The notes under the pieces are model-generated. The model made no database searches. It saw nothing but the letters and a program-made list of their open reading frames with translations, and was not told where the DNA came from. Position numbers and translations under genes: made by a program. A stretch of DNA of 64,000 nt, taken from the NCBI GenBank assembly GCA_903813345.2, contig CAIIXF020000001.1:43896001-43960000 (forward strand), in the 5' to 3' direction. The stretch comes from Owenia fusiformis. Taxonomy: Eukaryota. This document shows, one piece after another, positions 40,301 to 50,087 of the stretch (position 1 is its first letter; the number at the start of each line of letters is the position of its first letter).

Positions 40301-43300
40301 GAATATTACATTTTAAAATCTTTCCAACATTAACCCAAAGATTTCTTAGTAATCGACACTCAAATATCATATGCTTGCTGTCATGAGTTTCATTGCAATA
40401 CAGACACAGTTTCGAAATTTTATTATTCCACTTACTCACAAGTTCACCACATGCCAAATTTTATATGCTGCTATTTAGGGACAAAGGAGCTCTGCTCAAG
40501 AAGAAATTTTCAAGATTATTATCAAAATATGTTTTGTTTGGTGGAATTTGCTACTCCTTGGAGTTGCTGTTTTTCTAGTTTTTATTTGGTTGTGTTTACT
40601 GCTTTGTGGTGTTGCTGTTTTAGTTGTTTGTTGATCTTGTGTCCTTTCACAAAATGTGGTTCAAATATGTTATAAAAGCGGTATTTCTATAATGCATTAT
40701 GTTTTTATTGTGCTTTATATGTCACATAAGATAATAAATCTTTGAATGTTTATTCAATAGCAAATTTACAGCAACTTACATAAAGTATGAATTTTCTTGC
40801 ATAGGCTTTGAGAGTCAACTACATGTATTTGTTAATACTTCAAACCAGGAACAAAAGTTAATCCCCAATTTGACATCTCATAATCTTAGTTTTGATATTA
40901 ACAGTTTTAGGCTATTGGAAAATGTTCAGTCAGTTTTTGCCTTGAGTTGTCTCTTAAAAATCATCTGGACCAGACGTTTTAATAGAAACCAAAGGATGAC
41001 ACAAATCGCTATGGCAATCAGCGAGAACAAAAACAGTATATCAAGCATAAAGAATTTAATTTTCGTCATTTCTTTTGCTCGAGTCTGAAGATGCTTTGTT
41101 CCATATTTGGTTGCATGAATGATGCTATCAGCTGCCAATTCTTGCGGAGTTGTTCGTCGATCACGGAACATTCTGGAAGCTCTCTTTATTGATGTTGAAT
41201 ATTTTGGATTCAACAAAATCTCATTTATTGTTTTATTTAATTGTTCAGCTGTTATTGTTGCCCAAGATAGTCCGATACCAAAGTTTTTATGTTCAATTCT
41301 CACAGCATTATGTTTTTGATCAGTAGGCATACAAGGTATAGAAATCATTGGGACAGCATGGTAAACAGCCTCGAATTGACCTATACTCCCACCATGTCCA
41401 ATAAAAAGTTTTGTATTTGGATGACCTAAGACATCGTTTTGCGGAATCCATTCCATCAATTTGACATTATTTCCAACAGATTTCGGTGCTTTTCCCTTAA
41501 ATCTCCAAATGACTTGTTGATCTAAATTGGAAAAGACGTCACTCAGCATTTGTGTCAATTCCTTAGGCAGGTAGGCCATATAAGCCCCAAATGATACCAC
41601 AATAAGTCCATGTTGGGATGATTCAATAAAGTTTTTGATGTTTGCCTCAAGGGGTTTTGCTGGATACGTTGTTAAACCACCAACAAAAATCATATGCGGT
41701 ACAGTAGGCCGAGGGTAAGAAAGTATTGGATCTTGATCAATTAGCCAAAGATCAGCATCCCGAAATATTTCCATCATAGTTGTTCCTGCTGGGGCTTCTG
41801 GGTAATATTTCTCCATGAGATCATCTGGATTGTTATTGAAGGAATTGGTGACATATGGCAGTGCGATATACATGAATAAGTTCACAACCCTTTGTTGAAA
41901 GTTCATGTCAGGCGGGAAGTCAATGTTCTGATTAGGATATACGGAAGGCATATGTGGCACCCCTATGTCCCAGTGTAATCCAAGGAGGGCTGTCAAAGCA
42001 ATATACGGAATGCCTAATTTGTGTGGGTACAGCATCAGATATGGTGCAAAAAAGAAACCATCAACAATCGCATAATCAAAATTCAGAGATTTCACTTGTT
42101 CAAACAGAGCTTTATCATTGAATAAACAGTCACCTTGTTTTGTCCATATTTTCTTTGGGTATTTATAAAATAAATCATCATTACCACTGATGATCGACTT
42201 AATTGCATCATTCTGAAATTCTTCCGTTGCTCCAATTTCATTTCCAGTAGATGCATACGTCAGTATTTTCACACCAGATTTTGTGACATCACTAGGAATC
42301 ATGCAGTTTGAGGCCACAATGAAATACACTTCATGTCCTCTGTTTATTAGCTCTCTAGATGGTCCTAAGAATTCCATGAAATGACTGGTCCACATTAGTG
42401 GTATTCCAACATACTTGTAACTATCCACAAATGGGATTATACAAAAAGTTAGCGTTAGACTGAGACAAAAACTTGGATGCATTATGTTGTATTTAGACTT
42501 ACATACGAAGTACTAAGTCCAGATTTGAAGATATTCCTATGTGCAGTAAATTTGTAACTGATATATATACGGTTATGTTGCTCTAACCTTTATCTGAGTT
42601 GGCTGGTACAAACTACTCTTTCAACAGTTGAGGCACAATTCAATATTCAAACGATTTCATTTCTACTTACCCACATGTATTTATCATTGTCCATAAGTCA
42701 AGTGTATGTCTATATATTTTTATTACCTCATTGCTCTCTGTTGAAGTTCTCTGAAAATCTTTATACAAATAGATAATAAGAAATATGTGACTTATTAATT
42801 TGTGCCTTTTATATTACATTTAGACTTGATGTAGACAAGTAGACAAGATGGCAGTTGAATTCAAAATGGCTACCATCTTTCATAAGAAATGTAATTTCTG
42901 ATACCAGTTGCCTTTAATATAGGAGTTACTGGATTTGTTCCACATTTGAAAGGCTAATGTCTTTTTGGAATGGGGCCAGTCACATCTGGTTTAGAATTTA
43001 TATAGTAATGCCTTATGGCCGAGCCTTATGGGCATATGACTCTGCTCAATAATAAATTTTCAATGTGGCTACTGAATTCGAAATGGCTTCCATAATCTTT
43101 GATAAATCAAATACCAGTTGTTGACAGATTGGTTCAAATTTATGTTCATTTTGGAATTTTGGAGGTAATTTTAGATGTTTTTCTTAATTCCCAGTACTTA
43201 AATGGAGTATTTAAAGTACTAGACCCCCTATTATGTGAGATACAAGGTATATTGGCTCTATAAATTAGTGAATGTAGAATTCAATTCTCCCTTCCTGATG

Positions 43301-46300
43301 ACCCCATGAATATATTTTAACATACATGTATTTATTTTGTCTATTGCAGCATATGGTGATCTACAGGTTTACGGAGGTTTGGCAGGCTTTTTGGTAAGTA
43401 TGTCCTGTTTTGAATGCACAAAGATGAAAAAGATTTTATTCTTATATGCTATACATCAATTAGAATAAGAAAACTGGTTGTAGTTGTAGCATCTGTGGCT
43501 TCATTAGAGAAATTTATGATATGACAAATTCAAGATATCATTGTTTGTCTTAGTTTTCCTATACATCTATTATAGGCATGTTCCATTTTTCGCATATTTA
43601 CTTCTGACAAAAATTCAGAATATGAAAAACTTGAGGATCACTAAAACCATAAAAATAATTATGATTTTGAGTTATTTTTGATTTTGAGTTTTGTAGTTTA
43701 AAGTTTTTCTATTTGCCCTGCAACATTTCTATGTAGTTATATGTCCTAAAAACAATCTTGATTAGTTGTGTTATTAGAAAATTGTTGATGAATGCATATA
43801 ACTCTGTAGATCATAATGCATAAAGTGGTCGTATAATGAGGCAGGGTGTGTGGGAGTTACTGATCTATATTTAAGAGATGCTACACTTAAATCTGCACTA
43901 TACCTAATTTAGAAGAAAAAATAAAAAAGCAATCATTGAAACGTGTTACTCACAAACTAGCTCAAATATGACACAAGGTTTGATTTGCTTTAATATTGAA
44001 CCAAGAAAAAAGTAACTCACATAGAAAAAAGCATTTGTAGTTCAGAGATCATTAGACATGCATGCACATGTTAAACAAAGTGCATGTTTTAAATTACTAT
44101 TGATTTAAAAGATGGCGACAGTTCTATAAAAATGAATGTATCTTGTAATACTCTGCCATTTTTCAATGACATTGATAAAAACTTGATATATAAAGCTTGA
44201 CAGATCGGGAATATTTTTTGATAATTTATTATAAGTTTTGATGTGGTCCATTTGAGCTATTGTTGGTGTAAAATGAAAGATACGGTTCTTATCAACACAT
44301 TGGACATACTATGAAATTTAAATGTAAGTCTTTATTTTGCCCAAAAATGTTGAAAATTCCCAAAGTGCTCCTTTAAATATAGTATTTTGTAAGATTCGAC
44401 TGTATTCACAGCAATTATTTAGATTGTGCTCAAAATTTTCAATTATCTTATGAACAAAGTTTAGGAAGGGTATAATAAAATATTCTATCCTTCTGTCAGA
44501 AAAACATATTTTTGAAAGAAATAATCAAGTGATTGTCCCATTTGCAGAAGTTCCTGTTTCGATGATACTTTCTAACCTTTTCTAACCTTTTATGCTTTTG
44601 AAAAGCTGTTTCCTGTAACCAGAAAATGAGTATAATGAAATCAAGTATAAGTAATAAATGGAATATTATGAAGGTCACAGTTTTCATGCTACTGTATTTA
44701 TAGGAAAAAAAAGTTGCCATGAATTGTTTTAGTTGAGCTTAAGCATACAAAAACAATACAGTGAACATATTAATTGTTATAAATCACCCACTTCCCAAAT
44801 AATGCATTAAAGCATCAATTCAAATAATATTTTGAATATCAGCCATAATTATTGTATAATTCTACAAAATGAATGAATGATCCCAAGTAATAGACTCCAT
44901 TTGCAAACATTACAAATTGGAAAATTGATTTATGTCGGTTGTTTTCAAGTTGAAACATATTCACTGATGCTGATACTGATGTTAAGTATGCAAGATCACA
45001 CAAGAGTACTGGATTTGAACCTGTGGCGGTACATGTCACCTGTGGTCCTGACCATTGGATTGATTGGCAATATCCTATCGCTACTTGTGATGAGATTCAG
45101 GAGTATGAAATACTCAACATTGTCACTTTATCTCTCAGTGTTGGCTGTATCAGATATAGGAGTGCTTCTATTTGGATTGGGACCTAACTGGGCATTTCGT
45201 GTACACCAGTTCAACCTAAGAGCTAGCCATGCCTGGGTTTGTAAGGTTGATGCATTAATTGTACATTGCTGTAGGGACCTGTCAGCCTGGATTCTGGTCT
45301 GTGTTACCTTAGAGAGACTTGTAATTGTCTACTTGCCATTGAGAGCAAAAATTCTATTTACGCATAAAAGGACGATGTTGACACTGTTACTGTTGATACT
45401 AACACTGGCGCTCATTAACTGCCATTTCTTGGTGACCATGACTGTGATAGATATGCGTAATGCAAGAGTTGAATTGAAATCAATCCAAAATGAAACGCTG
45501 ACTCAAAATCACACTTTTCAGCTTCAAAGAGAAGGTTTTACACAAAATGGAACTAGTACCGTACTATGGGCCACACATGCATTAAATGAATCTAAATATG
45601 ACTGTGCAAACATGAAATATTCAGACAATTTCTATGCCTATTATTGGACATGGATTGATGCTTGCATAGCGTCATTCGTTCCATTTATTTTGATCTTCAT
45701 ATGTAATATCTTAATCGTATTCCAGCTCATAAAAGCCAAAATTAGACGCAACTTATATGTCACCAACTCGTTGAGTGATGATGCCACAAAGTCAATGACA
45801 GTTACACTGATCGTCATATCGATTGTTTTCCTTGTACTCACAGCACCGGCTGTTATAGTGCTTATTGTGATTAACCTGAAGAAAATCAACGATCCTAGCC
45901 ATATTTTGACTCCTCATGATGATCTTCTGATCACAATAGTTTATATGCTAGAATATTCAAACTGTGCTCTCAATTTCATAATGTACTGTATAAGTGGAAG
46001 GAAGTTCCGAGAATCACTTGTTAAGTTTTTTCAATGTAAGAAACCACTGACTTTGCCAGACACAGTGAGTTCATACAGACTCAGACAACACTAAGAAACA
46101 AAATTGAAACAGACGATAATTGGACTTAACATGATTAAGAAGTCAAATAAATATATATTCTGTACATGGACACATGTGGTATTTCAGCTGTTTCCAGTCT
46201 AAAATATTCAAAATGAGCTATTTGAAAGTGACCTTAGCTTTTAACTTTTGGCAGCCATCTTGAAATCTGGTGCCATATTGGATGTTCTCGTAAGCCCCAT

Positions 46301-49104
46301 TTAAGGAAACCAATTCAATGGGTTTATTTCAAAGATTGGAATATTTGGTAGAACCTTTAGGGATCTCTATCTTCTACAAGAACTCACCAAGATTTCACTG
46401 TGACAACTAAAAACTTTTGATAAAAGTTTTGACAAGCAAAACTAAATTTGGATTAAATACAGATAGTAATTGTAAGCAGTATTTGTAGTACTTCTTCCAG
46501 ATACTGTATCGAGATTATCCAGGTATCCAAGGGTACCATTTAGTGTTACTAATTTGAGTCTTCTATTTTATACTAGCATGCTATATCTATCCTATTCTCT
46601 AATATGCCTTTTGTATTGACTGATTGATGGAAAAAAATAATTGTTCTATTCAGTACTTAACCAGTCCTATTTATGTTACTTTGATCAAACAAATTTGTTC
46701 TGAATCATAAGTATTGTAATTGATCAATATGTCTAATCCGAACACCATTGGAACAAGCTAAAAGCGTTCAGATTAAGAGATGTTCACATTTCGAGGATTT
46801 TGCATTCGTGAGATTCTGGATTTTGAAGAAATGTGAACACATTCTCAATAAATATTTATAATTTCTTTGACCACATACTTTATGTTATTCCAGTAATATG
46901 AAAATTTAATTAGTCATTCTGAAAAGTACAATTATGATTGAGACCCTTCAAGTTTTTTTAAAAGTGTTGATGTCATGACAAATCAGTGATTAACTTTCAA
47001 ATATTTATGAAAAGTGTTCAGATTAGATTTATTTTTCAAATATGACTGTTCACTGTTCAAATTTGGAGGTGTTGACATTTTAAGGTTTTTTAACATGAAA
47101 GTCAATGGAAGAAAAATATGGGGCCAAAAAAGCATTCAGATTAGGAGGTGTTCGGATTAGCTAGGTGTTCAAGTATACAGGTTTTACTGTATTTGTACTA
47201 TTATTAATATTACTGTTGAGCATATCCACGGGGGTAAAGCAGACCCGATGATGCAATGAGCTTGCTCGGCGGTATCATGACTGTGTAACGGGTCTTAATG
47301 TATAAGTGTGCTCGGCAGTAGGTTCAAACAACGCGGATCCTCAAAGCATGTGCTCATGGTATATTCGTGTTTTAACACCCGTGATATCTTTACTCCATTA
47401 TTACAGCATTAAAACTAAGGAGAATGTATTCGTGTACAATATACTATCCTAAATTGTTAATGCCTGGTTGAATAAGATGTAGTTTGAGGTTTTGTCTCTT
47501 GTATATTCATGTACATTTTAACCAACAAGGTTTGTATCTTGTTCAATATTAAAATCCAGATTTTTGTATTTAGATGCTTTAGGTCTACAAAGTGCATGCC
47601 ACATTTTAATTCCCCTTTGCTTTCTTTCAGTTGAGCGAACTGGGCAATTTTTCCATCCATGTCAACCTAAGGAACCTCAGACCACCAGGTAATTTCTAAG
47701 GAAATTTTGGACCACAAGGCCTTTCAGTCAACTCTTTATCTTGAAAGGACTAGGAGTAATATGTAGAATGTCTTAAAGACATCAAAGCAAGAATTATATG
47801 TGTGTGTGTCTTAAAAATGACCAGCAGAATTTGTATAAAGAATTCAGTATTAGCTATAAAAAGTCATGCATTCTAAAATATCTTTGTTAGATATTAAGCA
47901 CCACATTGTTTATATTTTTGTCTATTTGAAGTCTCAAAAGTTTCAAACTTTTAACATGTAATTTAACTACACTTGGCCTCTCTCCAACCCTTGATGATGA
48001 AGCAGAGATGTGGAGTATAAACAAAACAATATTTTACCACTGGGACACTAAATAAATACAAATACATTAGTTAGTCTATGTGTAGAATAAACAAATGCAA
48101 ATATGTGTAGAATTAAATTGAAACATACATGTATCATGAGACAGTGCCACAGTATTATTTTGTCTATCTGGTCTCATAATCTTGTGATAACTTAATAAGT
48201 GAACTTTTCATATTTCAGGAACAAAGGCACGTCGTATCCCTTACCCAAGCAGCAACCCATTCACAATGTTGTTCAAGTTTGTATCTTGTCCTAACTACAC
48301 ATATGAGGCTGGGGCTTGGATCAGCTTCTCAATCATGACACAGTGTTTACCAGGTAAGCACATGTTTTCAGAACAAGTATTCTGAAGAACTAAATCAATG
48401 CACAGTAAGACCTCTGTGAAGGAACACCTCTTAATGTAAACAATTTTGGTATAGTTTTTTCCCCGAGTGATGTTTGTATCAAAGAATTTTCAATGTACGT
48501 ATATCTAGGAACGTAGAATAAGTAGAATCATAGGATTACCATACATACAGACTCGTTCCTAGGGTCACATTCACAGACAGCATTTTTGTTTGTTTTGGTA
48601 ACTTACAATCTTAAAGAGTGTCATCAGTTTATATTATTGAAGTATATGGCTCATTTGGGGAATTTAAAATAAAGGAAGCATTTTTGAAAAAACTTTCTTT
48701 TTTGTGTGAGTCCACGATAACTGGATGATCCTCTTCAACTGATATTAACAATTTTATAATTATATTCATCTGTCTCCACCTTTTTGCATTCCTCAGTGTC
48801 TCACTGTAGAATATCATTATTACATGTGTTTGTGAATATTATAATGAGTTATGAGTAACTTTCACAGATTTGAAACATTTGAAACATAGCATATTTAACA
48901 TTGATTACATAAAGTTCCATTACATTACATTAATCCATACAGTTCTATTGTGTTAATAATGCTTCATCTCTTCCAGCATTACTGTTCACTGCAGCAGGGT
49001 TCTACCAGATGGCTATATGGGCCATGGGCAAACACAGGAACTATAAGAAAGAATTTGAAAACTACCCACGAGGAAGGAAACCCATTATACCATTCCTGCT
49101 ATAA
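28390..49104 (+). CDS. TECR: Very-long-chain trans-2,3-enoyl-CoA reductase (TECR/Tsc13), 303 aa, 12 coding exons
   Basis: Exons are 28390-28395, 30825-30875, 31102-31153, 31306-31350, 31737-31840, 35715-35824, 37147-37252, 37827-37899, 43350-43393, 47631-47688, 48219-48353 and 48977-49104 (912 nt, in frame). Hallmark motifs: [87 protein letters not shown] at 49485. Confidence 0.96.
28967..29088. promoter_or_regulatory. Inverted pair of CTCCCAGAATGCA motifs (ZNF143/Staf-like sites, or a mini-MITE) in TECR intron 1
   Basis: GGATTGACTCCCAGAATGCAACAT ... ATGTTGCATTCTGGGAGCCAATCC. Confidence 0.4.
29505..30100. mobile_element. ~596-bp MITE, copy 2 (8-bp TSD CATAAACC)
   Basis: Near-identical to 13315-13911. 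TSD at 29497-29504 and 30101-30108. Confidence 0.93.
30112..30570. mobile_element. ~460-bp MITE with ~50-bp TIRs and an internal GC-rich GGTGCCGAAAC repeat cluster
   Basis: GTTTACCTCTTTCAAAGGCTG...GAGGCCTTATTCA and TGAATAAGGCCTC...CAGCCTTTGAAAGAGGTAAAC are inverted. Short repeats in both orientations at 30265-30430. Confidence 0.75.
33501..35664. mobile_element. Second CACGCC-ended non-autonomous DNA transposon (Transib-like) in TECR intron 5
   Basis: ATAGAA|CACGCCTGACCATCGACAAGGTACAGTCACGTGAC ... GTCATGTGACTGTACCTTGTCGATGGTTAGGCGTG|ATAGAA. The first ~15 bp are nearly identical to the 21224 family, but the interior differs. Confidence 0.8.
34224..34844. mobile_element. Tc1/mariner-like MITE nested in the CACGCC element
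   Basis: ~110-bp TIRs (CCTAGGCAGACATATACCAATGTCTCCATAGTATG... and its inverse). Ends are CAGTGTCC / GGACACCCT, with TA next to each. Confidence 0.7.
39721..40454 (-). mobile_element. 5'-truncated L1/Tx1-type LINE insertion with A-rich tail and 15-bp TSD
   Basis: ORF 40020-40457(-) contains a [19 protein letters not shown]-terminal zinc finger. T-rich tail at 39721-39762. TSD CAAATTTTATATGCT at 39706-39720 and 40455-40469. Confidence 0.9.
40926..42482 (-). CDS. UDP-glucuronosyl/UDP-glycosyltransferase (GT1, UGT2-like), 518 aa, single coding exon, nested antisense in TECR intron 8
   Basis: Signal peptide, catalytic His (WTSHF), ELINRGHEV and the UDPGT signature [21 protein letters not shown]...EAVYHAVP...DQ. 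C-terminal TM helix and a KxKxx ER-retrieval tail (KAKTD). Confidence 0.95.
   Translation of the reverse strand: MHPSFCLSLTLTFCIIPFVDSYKYVGIPLMWTSHFMEFLGPSRELINRGHEVYFIVASNCMIPSDVTKSGVKILTYASTGNEIGATEEFQNDAIKSIISGNDDLFYKYPKKIWTKQGDCLFNDKALFEQVKSLNFDYAIVDGFFFAPYLMLYPHKLGIPYIALTALLGLHWDIGVPHMPSVYPNQNIDFPPDMNFQQRVVNLFMYIALPYVTNSFNNNPDDLMEKYYPEAPAGTTMMEIFRDADLWLIDQDPILSYPRPTVPHMIFVGGLTTYPAKPLEANIKNFIESSQHGLIVVSFGAYMAYLPKELTQMLSDVFSNLDQQVIWRFKGKAPKSVGNNVKLMEWIPQNDVLGHPNTKLFIGHGGSIGQFEAVYHAVPMISIPCMPTDQKHNAVRIEHKNFGIGLSWATITAEQLNKTINEILLNPKYSTSIKRASRMFRDRRTTPQELAADSIIHATKYGTKHLQTRAKEMTKIKFFMLDILFLFSLIAIAICVILWFLLKRLVQMIFKRQLKAKTD
44877..46094 (+). CDS. Class A (rhodopsin-like) GPCR of the FMRFamide/TRH/sex-peptide-receptor-like group, intronless, nested sense in TECR intron 9; true start may be a downstream Met
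   Basis: Seven hydrophobic segments, TM1 GLIGN, TM2 LAVSD, TM3 [15 protein letters not shown]5 FVPF, TM6 FLVLTAP and TM7 [17 protein letters not shown]. Long glycosylated ECL2. AATAAA at 46146. Confidence 0.92.
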   Translation: MIPSNRLHLQTLQIGKLIYVGCFQVETYSLMLILMLSMQDHTRVLDLNLWRYMSPVVLTIGLIGNILSLLVMRFRSMKYSTLSLYLSVLAVSDIGVLLFGLGPNWAFRVHQFNLRASHAWVCKVDALIVHCCRDLSAWILVCVTLERLVIVYLPLRAKILFTHKRTMLTLLLLILTLALINCHFLVTMTVIDMRNARVELKSIQNETLTQNHTFQLQREGFTQNGTSTVLWATHALNESKYDCANMKYSDNFYAYYWTWIDACIASFVPFILIFICNILIVFQLIKAKIRRNLYVTNSLSDDATKSMTVTLIVISIVFLVLTAPAVIVLIVINLKKINDPSHILTPHDDLLITIVYMLEYSNCALNFIMYCISGRKFRESLVKFFQCKKPLTLPDTVSSYRLRQH

Positions 49105-50087
49105 TTGATCAATACGTAGAGTATTCTAAGGAACACTTGATGCAGTTTTGAGTGATCATGGACATGAAGAGTTTAAGAATGAATGCCAATGAATTATCTG
49201 TTGTTGTTCTACTACTACATATTTTGTTATTTGAGACTCATGCAAATATTTATATAATCATATTGATAACAATGACATTAAATCTTAGGATGAATCTTGA
49301 AGATGATAACCATATTTAAAACAGTTCATAGAAGTTATAGATGTTTCTGTAGCCTCATCTTTTTTTCTATATATAGGTGGATCATCACTATTTCCTTCGC
49401 CTTTTTCTTTCTTTGTAAAATTGATTGTAATTCTGTTGTGGCTTGTTTTTAATACTTTTGTAATATTACACTTGATAAATTGCGAATAAAATGATAAAAT
49501 TGTATATATTGTGTTTCTTATTATTAGATTTTACTATGTACAAATATTTCACAAAATTTTACAGATATAAATACATCTCATATTAAAATATATTCAGTAG
49601 AGCATTGGCAAAAATATTATTAATAAACTTTTTTCCATTGTTTATCTTATGATATATGTTGACTAATTCAGCTTCATATTTGTGTGGACGGAGTATGGAA
49701 ATACATGTACTGTTGAATAGGGCTTGATTGTCCACATATATCAAAGGATAAGAAGTGATTGTGATACCAAGGCTGTAAAATACACCAAGGCATATAGTCA
49801 AAACTCTATAGAAATACCCCATTGGATATTAAACAGTAAAACTTTGTATATAGAGAGATATCAAATAGATTGAATATTTTAAAATTATTGAAAGAATCAA
49901 ATTTGTCTCATCATCCAGCTAGTTTTTCAATCAAATATTGTCAGAAAATATGACCAGTTTGTTCCAGTTTGATAGGTGATTGTCAGTCTAAAACATGGAA
50001 TTGAATAACAATGGACTCTTCAAACTGTTGCTATATCCTAGAGATGCATTGGATTACGCCATCTATAGTAATCATCTATTATTATTC

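Larger units (their letters stand above)
38606..43145 (-). mobile_element. HINE-like element with ~140-bp tandem repeats, interrupted by a LINE fragment and by the UGT gene
   Basis: Starts TTATTATCCC...GGGATATAG followed by a (GTCC/GTTC)n microsatellite at 38650-38690. The unit CAAATACCAG...GGTTCAAATTTTATATGCTG...CTGCTCAAGAAG...CAAGATGGC...TTCAAAATGGC repeats over 38700-39720, 40455-40516 and 42844-43145. Confidence 0.7.

Noticed and set aside
40926..42482. Bacterial horizontal transfer as the origin of the intronless UGT
   Set aside because: Signal peptide, C-terminal TM helix and KxKxx tail are features of animal ER UGTs, and base composition looks like the host.
44941..44950. In-frame TECR exon 9 to GPCR chimeric splice via the acceptor-like TTTTCAAG
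   Set aside because: The acceptor is phase 1 relative to the GPCR frame, whereas TECR exon 9 ends in phase 0.
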